A DNA stretch of 64,000 bases from Eledone cirrhosa (Eukaryota): the NCBI GenBank assembly GCA_964016885.1, contig OZ024745.1:119908001-119972000 (forward strand). The letters run 5' to 3'. The notes below the pieces were generated by a model. That model ran no database searches and had not been told where the DNA came from. It was given only the letters and a program-made list of their open reading frames with translations. The number at the start of each line of letters is the position of its first letter. The stretch's first letter is position 1. Of the stretch, positions 1 to 13,616 are shown in pieces. The position numbers and the translations under genes were made by a program.

Positions 1-692
1 TGAAATACAACGCTGAGTGCAATATTGAAAACCATTAAGTATGTTCCTTTACTGCCTACATTTTGTCATGTTCCTCGTTAGATATTTTCGCTTTTGTATT
101 ATCTTTATATTTGCTCTGCTTCAAGCCTTTATTGAACACAGATGTTAGCGAATACAATTTGTCGTCTACTGCCACAATATTTAATAAGATTGAAGTAAAA
201 TTGAGGCGATCTAGTTAAGCTCTAACTCAACATCTTATATACAATATGGGCTATAATTAACTTACTATGCAATTCCCAATAACAACAATCATGTGTATGG
301 ATTGTTGCAGATAGGGAGAATTTCGAATATTAACTGTAACTAAATAAACTTATATTAATTGACCATGTATTTCCTTTATATTAAGGATTACTCTCATTAT
401 AGGTTCACATTTTTAACATCAAGCTAATTATGGTTCAGACACATATATAGTCCAGTTGAGAATTAGCTATAAATATACCCAAAGTATGCTTAGTGAAGAC
501 ATATTTTGCTGTATAGATTGAAAGGTCAGTATTTACGTGCTAAATTATATCTTTATACCAGAACATATAGAGCTTTTCATGGCTGTAGTCATATAAAATA
601 CGTGAATAGTATTTTTACTATATAATAGTCATATACGTAATCCATCCATATTAAGTAGGATTAACATGAATTAAAAAGCGTTTTAATTGGAA

Positions 693-782
693 TGCCTTTC
701 ATCCTTACGGGGTCGATAAAATAAAGTACCAGTAATGCACTGGGTAATTGCTGGCCTAGTGCCTAAAGTAGAAACAATTATT
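693..782 (+). mobile_element. SINE family A, 5'-truncated copy
   Basis: Core GCCTTTCATCCTTACGGGGTCGATAAAATAAAGTACCAGT and tail GCTGGCC.GTGCCTAAAGTAGAAACAATTATT, which recur more than 12 times in the window. Confidence 0.85.
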
Positions 783-3194
783 GAAGATAGTTTATCTTTC
801 TTTATACGGTTTAAATCTACATGGAATTTAAATGTTAGCGGAAACAGAAATATTGTCAGGGAAGCGGTTAATGCAGATAAAATAATTCCTATAGTATCGA
901 AGGTGATACACACACCAATATATTGGAACTGGGCAAAATCAATAGTTGAACCAATAAAGAACATTAGAATTGCTATGAATCGCAGGTTTATGACATGAAA
1001 CCTCTAAATAAATAGTGTTAGGAATTCTTAAACTATCATAGTAACAGCTCAGGTTGCACAATAGATCATATTTTACTAGTAGTGAATCAAATAAAGAGAT
1101 TGAAGCGGGAATTCCCAACATTTCATCACCCTTCCTAAACTTGATAATGAGAGAAAAGATTCCTGTTCATCTATTCCTGCTGCTCCCAGAGTACGCTTCC
1201 CTTTGAGGAGAGAGAATGTTGTCATTCGGTGGCTTCAGCTGAAATCGACTCATCAATTGATTTCCACGTGGGTTAGTCGTTCATTGCGGTTGCCAAGTCC
1301 TGGAATTCAATACCAGAATCTCTGGAGATGATATCGGGATAAGAGAGCTTGTGCCCATGTTAGAATGTTGTAAGTTTGGAACATATTTTTCATGATATTA
1401 GTGTTAGAAACATAATTAATTTTAAGGCAATTTTAAGATACAGAATAGCTGAAGGAATGTAACTTTTTGTAGGTGCAATGCAAATTAGAAATACAAGAAA
1501 GCAAGAGAAGAAACTAGAGTGGATTAACGTAAGAAAATCAAAGTAAAATATTTTATACTTTTACTTTATATTTCAGGTTATTAGGAGGACATGATCCCCT
1601 TCTCAAGATATAAGAAATGATGTGTGATATCGGTGGTTACCTGTGATACTTGCTGCTACTGCTGTTGTCGACCGCAAGTTCGGAAATGTGTGCAGTTTTG
1701 ATTTCCTCTCTCTTTCTCGCCATATATGGTAAAGAATCGATGCATCACTGACAACATTTCTGTTGGCTGTTTTTTTTTCTAAAAAGAAAATTAGATATTT
1801 TTAGGGTAATATAACCAGAAAATTTATTGGATTTTTTTCTGAAGTACAGTTATTATGCGGAGAAACTGATGTTCTACAAACGGGGGAGATAACTGTGCAA
1901 GGATATCAACACGACGGAAATGTATTTTTTAGCAAACATTCACCAACTACAATTTCAGTATATAAGTGTGTTGTTACTAGATGAGATATAATAATTCAGA
2001 CCTATGATAGAAGGTTTAAACTCTAGCCACTTTATATATTTTATTTCGGACGTAATATAACTCTACGGTAACGTGTGATTTAATTACCTTTTCTAGCAAT
2101 TAGAGAGATTATGAAGTGGATACTTCGTTTCCTCAATATAATAGCGTTTGCTTTTAACTGAAAATGCAAAAGTGTCTTTTGTTTTTGGGGTGGGGTAGTA
2201 ATCATGATTATTTAGACATATGCAGGACCGGAGCAAGAATGTTAACGACGAAATGAAAATAAGATGCCTTCACCCAAAGATTGAACAAGCAATAAGTCTC
2301 ACTTTGCCCAAGGATTACCACTAGCACAAAATTGCTGGCAAGCTTTTTTCCGAAATATTGATATTGATGCTAGTGGGTTGCAGATTCTTCAAACACTTCT
2401 CCAGTGGGTCAAGTCAGAAGCATCCGTCTCCAACTCACCCGCAGGATCCCCAAACGAGACGAGCCGTGCTCATTGTTGTCATCCAATCATATTTCTCGGG
2501 GATAGCCTCCTCCCCCTTCTTCTTCTTCTTCTTATTATTATTATTATTATTATTCTTATTCTTATTCCTGAGAGGATCGTGGGTGCAGAGTCCTTCTTGC
2601 GGGTACTATCAGAAGCAACCATCTGCACTTATTTTAAAAACATTCTGGCGTTATTCAAAAAAGCAAAACCAGCATTAATGTAAACAGAACAGTTTACATG
2701 GAGGTACTAATATATTAATCTTATAAGTAAATTAATCCTGACAAGAAAATAAATAAAATGAAAACCGAACTCATTAGTAATTCTATAAGTATTGTATATA
2801 GCAAAAACGAAATCGAGTATCTTCGTAACTTTATACAGCGCTTGTGTAAATTATTACGGTATGCGTGTGGTCTCAGGCAACGTACGCTATATGATATCAA
2901 TTATATGTGTTTGTCACCCTGTTGGTGCAATATAACCTAATAGCTTAAGTTTTGAAACAATATCTAAAATAGCAATATATATTAGTTTCTGATTACTTCA
3001 TTATTTCGGATTATGTTGAAACTTAACTATTTATCTCATTTCATTTAATTGACAATGTAGTCGTACTTACAGATCATGTACAACCATATTTCTTAAAAAC
3101 AACAACGAATGCTTCTCGACACTCTAACTACTTTCTATTTTTAGAAATAGCATTTACACACATGTACACCAGATCCGAACACAGAGGAACCAAA

Positions 3195-3312
3195 CTCCCA
3201 CTATCATAGCCTCCGTCTATCCCCCTCCCATATCTCTCGCTATTATGAGCAAATGGGGTCCCACGCGCTGCCTGTCTCACAGCCCTGGCGGACAGAATAG
3301 AGAAGGCGTTGG
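3195..3312. repeat. Unclassified interspersed repeat (second copy at about 39897-40015)
   Basis: Shared GAGCAAATGGGGTCCCACG.GCTG...CACAGCCC.GGCGGACAGAAT.GAGAAGGCGTT. Confidence 0.75.
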
Positions 3313-6159
3313 AAGAGCCATAATTGTTGAAAACGAATGAGAAAGCTACATTATTATATGTATATTACAATGGGCAATTTTAGAATTTGCTCTGCTGTAG
3401 ATAAGATTTTTGCCGAATTTCATCCCTCCCAAGAGCCTTGCCACATTTGAGCGCTAATTGGTTTTGTGATCTCAGCCTCCGACTGGATAGTTCTCACATC
3501 TAGAGACACCAGATGTACAGCAAGAAATGTTGTTACCACTGGATTTAGGAGATCAGCAATATATTCTTTCTTCCTAGCAAAAATGCACCTCTCTTCAGAA
3601 AGAAAACGCGAGACTAGCATATTTTATTTGCTGATCTAAAGTCAGATACCAGCTTAACTAGAAAATCATCCTATGTCATGTCCTAGGGTATCTTTACTGT
3701 CTACTGCGATTTTTCCCACCTGCTTGTACCACGAGTACAATTAAGAAGATATATTTCCAAACCAAGTTTATTACGCCCCTTTCTTTGCTCGGGTGGCGCC
3801 TTTAAACTATTGCCATCCGATTTTACAATGATCCGCATTAGTTCGCAGCATTTAATAGAAGAAGCAGAAACCACTGAGCTGAATAACCTCCACTCCGTTT
3901 CAACGTCCTCAGTTTGACCAGAGATTCTATGAATTTGTATGCAATAGTATCCGCATACCCGATCCTGTATTCCTTATCAGCCATAATTTCCCACTCTATC
4001 CTGTACCTGCTAGTCCTGTGGGATTTCTTAAGTGCTGGTAGTTCCAGAAAACAGAAAACTAAATGGTGAATAATTCAAAGTTCAAGCTCTCCCTTAAGCC
4101 AGTACAGAATCGAAAATATCAGAGACAATAACAAAATCAATATTAATCTCTGGCCTCGATTTTCCTTATATAATGTAAACTCACGGATGTATTTCTCTCT
4201 GAAGAAGGTATTCCTAATAGAGAACCTATTATAGATATAATACGGTCTTTTGGTTTGGATGTAAATCAGCATCGTCGCTCCTTCCAATAAATTATTTCCA
4301 TGCTCGCTGGCTTGTGCTAATATGTACATTGAAGTCTCCCATTAAGATATATAAATCGTAATTACATCTAATATATCAGTGACTTCATAAATGAAGGAGC
4401 TCTATTCAAATTCGGATTAGCGCACAAGGTTGTAAGATCGATAGAGACCGTCATTTTAGCCTCAACTTCAACTCGCAAATTCTTCTTCCCAATAGAATTC
4501 AATCCATAACACATTCCGACAGCTAAGGACTTGTGAGTATCCCCAATCCCGTTTGTGCAGTCGTTTATGACACCATACCTGAATAATGCAGTTTTAATTT
4601 TCCTTCATCAAAGTCTACGGTAGCTGAGTCTCAAAAATTTCGTGATCCGGTAACATCTAGCCTCGTACACATCTTGATCGTTATCTGTAAACTTTGCAGC
4701 TGATCATACTGCAGTTCGTTGTAGTAGTATTCGCACCAGTCAGCGATTTTGTCATTTTCTCATATCCGTGAAGACTGGGCTTCTAGAGGCGACCTTTATT
4801 CCCTTCGACGTAATAACATCGTTGAGTTGTGAGAGATTTCTTGAGAACTAATAGCGCCAACGATTAGGTAACCACTGTTTGTTCTGGGGTAGCTTATTCG
4901 TCAGTCCATTTATATCACAAGTAATATCGGATGGCTGTATCACTATCCCCAATTGCCACTTGTCGTTTAGATAACAGCTCTCCCATGTAATTAAAATAAA
5001 GAAAACGTTTAAGATATCAATACTTCAAATGTTGTGTAGTTAGTTTTACCTTGAAAGATGACAAACCATTATTCACATTAGATAGAGATGCTCCGTCAAA
5101 TCCCCAATATTGCAGAAATGTTAGGCAGTATCAATGATCAGAGTAAGAAGCGAGTAGGTTACTGTATTTGAAAACGCTTTTATCCAAATATAAACTGAAA
5201 AGAACAGAAGACGACAGGGATATGAAATAGTTCAGAATAAGAGAGATACTATTCTTTATGCATTTTCTGAACTACCTATTGCAGGCTTTGGAATTAGTAG
5301 ATAATAATTTTGAGATTAAATCTCGAATTTGAAAATTACTTTTAGCATTAATTGTATTCGTTTCAATGTATATTCAATGAGTCTTGTCAATCTGAAAACT
5401 TTGAGTAATAGACAATGTTCATTACACTGAAGCCTATCATAATGGTTCTTTACGATAAATAATTTTTCGATAGCTGATTGAACAGTTTAGCAGATATCTA
5501 CAGCCCCAAATTTAATAGATTTCCAGAAACAACAATCGAAGCTTTCTATTTTCGAATTTTCAAATTGCTTACAGAAACTTAATTCTATTTCTCATGTTAA
5601 AATAGCGCATATAACAGCACGTTTCACTTAAATTTCTATCGCATCTGAAAAACCTAGTGATATTTATTGCTAAATCCCATTTAGCAATGCAAAAATAAGT
5701 CACACTGTAAATAGAATGATATATATATATATACATGAGTGTGTGTGTGTGTGTGTTGTGCTTATTATAACCACACAAACACACACAGACTCATATATAC
5801 ACTGATATATACACACACATACATTCACACATACATACATGGTGGCTGCAAATTCGTTTTCGAGTAAGGCCACTACTTTATATCCATGTACGAAAACCCC
5901 TACCGATGCGCTGAACGAGTGTGACTTTTTAGTCCAGCCAGCGACTTGAAAACTCTGGTACAAACACTACACTTGTGACAATTATTAATACATAGTGCTG
6001 AGCCCATCGTACCATGTGACGACAAGTGCAGAGAGATCTCCAGATATAAAGCAATGCCTGTGCCGTGAAGCTTTTATAGTGAGCAAAGGCACTGCACAAA
6101 GCCAGTCCCACTCTCTTAACCAAGATGATATTTACCAAAAAGAAGAACAAGTCAACATC

Positions 6160-6360
6160 ATTGGATACCATCAGGGTTGCAGGTGTTATATCAGAGTTTT
6201 CCTTCTCCTAGAATTCTGCCTTGACAAAGGCTAAGGGGTCATCTCTCCCGGTGATTTTGGATGGGCATTGACTCTTAAGAGCTCCTTTGCTCTTTGACAG
6301 GTTTTGTTTTTAGTCCTTCAAGATGTCCAAAGTCACCCTCCTCACCAAGAAACCTTGGTT
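6160..6360. repeat. Interspersed repeat, probably a LINE (RTE-type) 5' UTR fragment; related to 41540-41730 and 42025-42140
   Basis: Shared TTGACTCTTA.GAG and GTCCAAA.TCACCCTCCTCAC...TTGGT motifs; class assignment is from recalled resemblance only. Confidence 0.5.
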
Positions 6361-6395
6361 ACATACATACATATATATATGCTTACAAATAATAG

Positions 6396-6537
6396 GAAAG
6401 CAAGAACGGGAGAAGTGTTCCTCATCACTTGTCTGCTGGGGATCTCGGATATTTCTACGGATTAAAGACAATGTGTACAAATATCCAAGACATCTAGCAG
6501 ACAACTGATGAGGAGAAATTCTTCTGTTCTAGCTTTC
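6396..6537. repeat. Imperfect inverted repeat (about 60-bp arms)
   Basis: GAAAGCAAGAAC..TCCTCATCACTTGTCTGCTGG..GGATATTT versus AAATATCC..CTAGCAGACAACTGATGAGGA..GTTCTAGCTTTC. Confidence 0.75.
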
Positions 6538-6604
6538 TTCTTACTTTTAAGCATACCTTATCAATCAACTACACAGCCACTTCTCTTCTTCATATATATT
6601 AATA

Positions 6605-7127
6605 TATAACAACTAGAAATTGATTAACATATAAATAAACATATGAAACAATCACAGGGGATAATTTTTACAAGTGTTTAAGCACACATAGCTAGGTAGG
6701 TAACTAAATAAAGTTAACTAGAACTTCAAAAATAGACACCTTATAATATGATTAATCTTCTCTGTATATATTCCATTAAAGAAATATATTTCACCAATTA
6801 ATCGAATGGTAAACCACGGAGGCCGATACTTGGATTTTCAACAAGGAAGAAGTCCAAGCGATCTGTGTTTACGCATTAAGTTCTTCCGTGTTGAAAATCC
6901 AAATATCGGCCTCCGTGGTTTACCATTCGATTAATTGGTGAAATATATTTCTTTAATGGAATATAAACAAGGAAGATTAATAATATTATAAGGTATCTAT
7001 TTTTGAAGTTCTAGTTAACTTTATTTAGTTACCTACCTAGCTATGTGTGCTTACACACTTGTAAAAATTATCCCCTGTGATTGTTTCATATGTTTATTTA
7101 TATGTTAATCAATTTCTAGTTGTTATA
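6605..7127. repeat. Long palindrome / foldback (about 245-bp arms, about 30-nt spacer)
   Basis: 6605-6851 is the near-exact reverse complement of 6881-7127. Confidence 0.95.
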
Positions 7128-7561
7128 AAATGCTCGAACCTATTCATTAGAATCTTGGAGCTTATTTTACGGGTGATATGGCGCTTGCCTTTCTGGCATG
7201 ACACCTGTAATTTTGATTTAGATTAAATTCATTTTGTGTTATCTTAATTTTGGATATAGATATATATTAATATATATATATATACACAAAGGATTACTAC
7301 AGTTCATTGGTATACTAGAGTTATATATATTTGATGCATGGACTATTAAATATTTAAATATTTGATGACAGGGCTAAAATATTTTCGTTTTACAATCAAA
7401 TATGAGAGAGAAGCCTGCACATATTTTGGTATTATTCTGATGTATGAATGTGAATCGTGTGGAATTGTGAAAATGTAACATTTAAGTAGTAATGAAAAAA
7501 AATCTGATAAATTTTATATATTTATATTATTTGTATTTTGCTATATTATATAAGTCGCTGG

Positions 7562-7780
7562 GGCGGTGGGTTGGCAGTATCGGTAAAGGTAGAGCGTCGG
7601 ATACTCCGCTTCGTGGCAGAGAGTTATGGTCCTTTGCATTCCGAGTTTAAATCTCACCGAGGTTAGCTTTGACTTTCATCGTTATGGGATCGATAAAATA
7701 AAACACCACTATGTACTGGAGTCGATTTAATCGACTTTCCCAGATATGTCTGGCCTTGTGTATATAGTAGAAATCATTAT
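7562..7780 (+). mobile_element. SINE family A, near full length (tRNA-derived head)
   Basis: A-box-like TGGCAGTATCGG, B-box-like GAGTTTAAATC, then core and tail. Confidence 0.85.
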
Positions 7781-9740
7781 ATATGTCGTAAGGATATATT
7801 CAATTCGTACCTGGTAGAACACTTAAGCATTAGATGCACCGTTTTTATCTCAATCCGTTATTTGAGATATATTGCATTAGTAGTTTTATATGCGCATTAC
7901 TGACAGTATTCTATGTCTTTCATATTTTTGATTTCATCCGCTATTTTTCAGTTTTCATTTTAATGTATGCTTCACCGTGTTTCTATAACTATAGGTGATC
8001 TATTTCTCTTATGTATATAGCATATAAGTATAGTTTTTACTTCCTCTTTAATTTCCATGATTTTTTAATATCATTTTGAAATCTGCATTTATCCTCTTTA
8101 CTATCTTTAGTGGTATATATTACAATCTGTTAGCATCATATGTTATCACTTTTATATCATTCAATTATTACTCAAAGCCCCCTAAACTAATATTTCATAT
8201 TACGGAATCAATGAGTCAAAATATCTCATATAGTGATATCAATAATATTCCTCTTCATTGAAATCCAAAGCTTTTGGGGCTAATCAAAATGTAAAATCGT
8301 TTATTTTAGCCTTTTATTATGATGTAAGTACAAATGAAACAGTGTCTTACTTGTACAACTGATAAGTTAATTATACAAATTTGTAAACGTATTTTGAATT
8401 AGTAAGTCGTCTGTTTGACATCCTAATTCTTTCCAAATGTCAATCAAGAAGTTTATGAGTTAACTTTGAAGTCTAAATACAAATTGATATGAACCTTTTT
8501 TACACTAATTCTGTTACTCGTATTAAAAGAATTATCATAGAGGTCTAGAATGAAATGTATGAACTTAAATATTAAAAACATTTGGTCGTATCATTAAAAC
8601 GGAATTGAACGCAATGACATATTATTCAGCATTCTTGGGTAGTCCTAATCAGTTCATAAACAAAATGTTTTTTTTTTAACAGTTATATGATTGCTTCATA
8701 GCGAAAAAGAATTTAACTGTTCCGATATGAATAATTTCGCGCAAGCTATATGGATGTAATAACTATCCTATAAAGAAATGGGCTACTAAACATAATCAAC
8801 TCCGATTACTAAAACTGTTGCACAGTAATCATTATCATAGTTTATTTGTTTTCTCTGCGAATTCTCATGTTTTATGCATTAAACTTTTGGGTTCAGTAGC
8901 TTTGATTTATAAATACACGACAGGTGGTAAAATACTAATAGATTTTCTGTTCACATGCTGAAACTAGTTTTATATTTATATGTTTTATTTTGTAATTTTT
9001 GAACTTTTAAATTTCCATTTTTAGTAAATAGCTTCAGAACTGTTAAATACTTATATTACGTAACTTGGCATTTGATTTACATGCTTGTATGCCTATCTAA
9101 GCGTTAGTTAGATGTTGACATTCCAGATGTGATTTTAAACTCATAAATGATTTAAGTGCAAGAAATGAAAACAAGTATATCAGTTGGTAAACTAAAAACC
9201 TTAAAATGTCACAGCATTACGGTAATATGCAATGGATTTCTATAAGTGGAGCTCCTGATCGAAAAAAATGGTTGCGATGTATCGAGAGATATATTTATAC
9301 TAGTCTTCCTTTTAAGTATATTTCATGGAGAATAAACAATAAGTCTGAGCTTGCACATATATTATCCGTCTAAATATAAAACTGTTTTTGGCATATAGCT
9401 AATCACGGAAGAATCGTATGTCAATCCTACTCTAGGAACTACAATTTCTAAATTTTACTAATTTGTCACATGATCCAGAGCTCGCTGGAGTAGAACACGT
9501 CTCTCTATATCATAAACCCTGGTGTAGGCGTTTGGCAGTGGCGATATAAAACCCCCATGAAAGCTTCTGATGCATTACAAATATTTGGAATGATCATCAA
9601 CATCTTCGGGAAATCTTATCAAAGGTTGATCTAACGGATGGTTTTTGGTCAGCTGTTTTGTTCCTGTTGACTATCGACGGGATCATGAAGTGTGGAAGCG
9701 AGGATTATCATGATTATTATGTTAGTACTTATGTTAATAC

Positions 9741-9860
9741 ACCCCGTAAGGATGAAAGGCGAGGTTAACTTTGCCTTTCATCCTTACGGGGTCGATAAAA
9801 TAAAGTACCAGTAATACACTGGGTATTTGCTGGCCTTGTGCCTAACGTAGAAACAATTAT
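9741..9860 (+). mobile_element. SINE family A, truncated, with inverted 5' segment and flanking duplication
   Basis: ACCCCGTAAGGATGAAAGGC precedes its own reverse complement; ATTATTATGTTAGTACT present on both sides. Confidence 0.85.
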
Positions 9861-10738
9861 TATGTTAGTACTGTTTTTAATGTAAGAATTAGCTTACTGC
9901 GACCCACACCACCAGGCCTTTTTGTTGCCGTCGTCGCCGTGGTGGGTTCATTACTGTTGTTGCTGTTGTTAGTGTTGCCGCTATCTGGCTCTTGGATAGT
10001 GTGTACTTGCTGCCATTAACTGGGTACTAATATCATTGATATCACTCCTACTGCGAGGACCGGTGTGGGCGATGTGCTGTGACGCTATGGTTGCCGTTAT
10101 TGCTGTTGTCGCTGTGGTCTTGAGTATAAATGCCATCAAGTTTGTACATCGCCCTACCTAGGAGTTCCGTTTATTCCTGTGGCTGTTGCTATCATTGATG
10201 TTGTCAGCGGGGTATTACTATCACTACGACTGCTGCGGCCAGTGTAGGCGACGTTGGTCGGTGTTTGCTGTTCTTGTCGTTGTTGTTGTTGCTGCTGTTG
10301 TTGTTGTAGCTGTTGTCTTGAATGTGGCTGTCAACAAAATATATACACACCCTCCCTCAGAGTTCCATGTATTGCTTCCACTATCCACTGCGTTCTGGTT
10401 ACGCATAGACTATCGTATGATGCAGATCAACACAACATACTTGAGGGGTTACCTTTCTTCTGATTTACGACCTCAATTCCGCAGGGATTGCGTGAATCCT
10501 GATTTCACTAATTGACAGCTTACTCCAGTAAAAACGACTCTGGGAGACCCTTTCAGGAACCCATATTTCTGCTGGACGCACGAGCAGAAGGACGTGTGTT
10601 TTTTGTCCTGCCAGCAGCATATCACTAAATCGGATTTCATCCGAGGATACCGTTCTTATAACAACAACAAATACATGAATTAGCTCTTGATGCATGGGAG
10701 AACCGTTGAAACAATTATAATGAGTAAACGATTTATGT

Positions 10739-10776
<38 letters not shown>

Positions 10777-10777
10777 T

Positions 10778-10990
10778 GAAGGCGCGTGGCTGAGTGGTTA
10801 GAGAATTGGGTTCACAATCGTGAGGTTGTGAGTTCGATTCCTGGACCGGGCGATGCGTTATGTCCTTGAGCAAGACACTTTATTTCACGTTGCTCCTTCT
10901 ACCTGGAGTTGCGACCGATAGATAGTATTAGCAACTGGAAAGACCAACGGAAACATTGTTTCCTCGGTCCGATTTGACTAAGGGTCGATC
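10778..10990 (+). mobile_element. SINE family B (tRNA head plus CORE-like block)
   Basis: GGCGCGTGGCTGAGTGG A box, GAGTTCGATTCC B box, TGTCCTTGAGCAAGACACTT CORE-like motif; other copies at 20362 and 40838. Confidence 0.85.
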
Positions 10991-10998
10991 GACTGTCG

Positions 10999-11029
<31 letters not shown>

Positions 11030-11094
11030 ACAGATCATTAGGAAAATCTGGGCAAAATTTGTTGCAATTGGAAGAAAGATTCATTACATAATAG

Positions 11095-11208
11095 GGTCTC
11101 TAACACGTGTGTCAATGTAATTATGCAATCGCCTAAGAGCTGAAAAATTATGTTATATAATTCACTATTTCGCATTTCGTATTTTACATTAGTCTTTCAT
11201 CAGAGAGA
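11095..11208 (-). ncRNA. Degenerate hammerhead ribozyme relic
   Basis: Minus strand TCT-CTGATGA...AATGTAA/TTACATT...GACAC-ACGT-GTT-AGA; GAAA changed to GACA. Confidence 0.4.
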
Positions 11209-12746
11209 TCTGGAGGAAAACCAAAGTTCTGTAGACCAGGTCATGATCGTATAGTAAATCAAGCATGCAGACAGGCACATCCTCAAATAATTTATAGTCA
11301 TATTGATTATATAATAGTTATTCAAATTTTAAATTGAAATAAGTTAAAATACATACATTTCATGTGTACAAATCAATGAGGGAGAAAATAAAAGTTTTAA
11401 AGTAGCCAATGGAATGTGTTAGTATTTCATTAGAGGAAATTGGAGTGGTAATATGTGGGAGGTGCTTGTCTGAAACTGGTCAAATATAGTTCGTTATTAT
11501 GACAACGGGTGTAGATTGTTCACAGACTTAGAGAAAAGGGGCTGCGAGATATATAAAGTTCAAGGGCGAGATTAGTGGAGAGATAGCATGGCTGATGTTA
11601 ACAGTTTCGGCCAGTAATAGGCACCAAGTAAGAGGTGTTAAAGAGAGCTAATAGGTGAAACAAAGAGTCAAGGAGAAATGGGAAATACCTTGCTGTGATA
11701 AAATAGAAATAAATTAGAGATATAAGAGAAATACTGTGGATGTGTGAGGGTGCTGGATTTACCGTGAAAGTAGACAGAGAAATGTAGGATCAAATCTTAT
11801 CTTATCATGGATAGCATTTTACGAACGTTTTCATGGTTCCATGCTGTATCATCAAGATACTTATATTACACAACTCCACCGACCACGTTGAGCACAATTA
11901 ACCAGTAAGATACCTCTCACATTTCAGTTTTGCATATTCATTTTATCCAAACGTGAACTAACCTACAATAAGAACGGATACTACTATTTCTTCGTATATA
12001 GATATAAACCATATTTTATTTGTTTTCAGCCTGAGCTTTTGATTATCTAGGTGCTTTTCAGAAGAAATTTGGTGAAGGCAGAGAGATAAAAAATACGAAT
12101 TTCAAATATATAAAAAATTTATATCGGAAACGAAAAATTTCAGATTTACATAAGAAAATATCCTAATACATCATGTGGGAATACGTGTCTTTTTTCTTTT
12201 GTATTTCTCCTGAAAGTTCGAAATTTCCTCCTATATAGTGTTTGTCTGTGAAGTGAACCGAAAACTTGAGATGGGTATATCACCGTTGCACTGGCGCGAA
12301 AAGGACCGCTACTGCTAATCTTTTGTCACGAATTCACACGACCAGTACAATTCCTATTGACATGTGATATAACGTCAGCCTGCATTCTTTAGTCCTATCA
12401 AAAGGACCCAAACGTTCGAAAATACAATTTAAAAACATATATAATCTATTTCAAAGCCAAAGGCATTGTTCAAGGTATACAAGTCTTCTAAAGGAAAAAC
12501 CAATAAAAAAAGAAAACACGAATTTCACGTTTGTCTCTTTATGTTTGCTTTGAATGCTCAGTATACTGTTCATCATTTTATAGTCATTGTTACCCATTAC
12601 TAAAAGCACATTACTCTCATCACTTACATGTTCTTATGTTATGATTGTTATAAATTATACGCTTGCTTGAGTTTCGTTTATTATTGTGCTTTTCTGATTA
12701 TTACATTTGCATCATAGTAGGCCTTGATGTCAATCAGCTATCTACT

Positions 12747-12860
<114 letters not shown>

Positions 12861-13265
12861 GAGTTTATGTGTAGTGTAAAAGGTAAACGGAAATAATAAC
12901 ACAATCGGTACAGTATGTGGAAGGAATATATTAGGTTAACTATATATATATATATATATATAAAGAATTAGTATATCTACCAACATATATATACAGATGT
13001 ATACCTATGCTAGCAAATATATAAGTTTTGTCATAGTAACTTTGTGGTTCAATGCAGGCTACTGTCTTATTAGCACCCTCACTCCTCACTGATTGACCTC
13101 GATGTCACGTGATTGATTCTTTTGAATTCGCCACCGACTAAGTAGGCAGTGATTTTTTCAATGTCCTGGAATCTAGTCCTCGCTTGCTTTTTTCCATCCA
13201 CTGAATTATTTTTGTATAAGGTCCCTGTGTCCACGCTTTGCCTGGGAACTTAGCTGAGAATAGAT

Positions 13266-13349
13266 CTCCCTGATGACGAAAGGATATTTCTCCATGTTGT
13301 TCCAATCGGAAACCATGTTTATTCCCTTTCAGAAACTAATTAGTTGGAG
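13266..13349 (+). ncRNA. Type I hammerhead ribozyme with extended helix II
   Basis: CTCC-CTGATGA-C-GAAAGG...CCTTTC-A-GAAAC-TAATTA-GTT-GGAG; helix I CTCC/GGAG; palindromic helix III AACTAATTAGTT. Confidence 0.8.
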
Positions 13350-13398
13350 TGAAATTTTAGTAAGTAAGTAAATTTTTATAATTTTCTTATTTTACGTC

Positions 13399-13463
<65 letters not shown>

Positions 13464-13616
13464 GGCTTAGTAGAATATATCTGAAAAAAAATCATAAAAG
13501 ATCCGTGTCTGTAATTATGAAAATGCTTGTGGTTTCAATAAACATTAAGGAAACTATATTAATCAAACCAAAATTTAACGAACGAATAAGACATGTAGGT
13601 ACTAGTATATAATTAA

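Noticed and set aside
2358-2683. Two overlapping ORFs with hydrophobic runs
   Set aside because: The runs come from (CTT)n/(ATT)n trinucleotide repeats
3830-5000. Possible very old minus-strand LINE remnant
   Set aside because: Only faint motif echoes; cannot be supported by eye
6504-6530. CTGATGA-GGAG..CTTC hammerhead start
   Set aside because: No GAAA after helix II and no helix III
10186-10515. Poly-Val and poly-Cys ORFs
   Set aside because: (GTT)n/(GCT)n low-complexity sequence
10778-10850. tRNA-like sequence
   Set aside because: SINE head: followed by a CORE-like body, multi-copy, no proper acceptor stem
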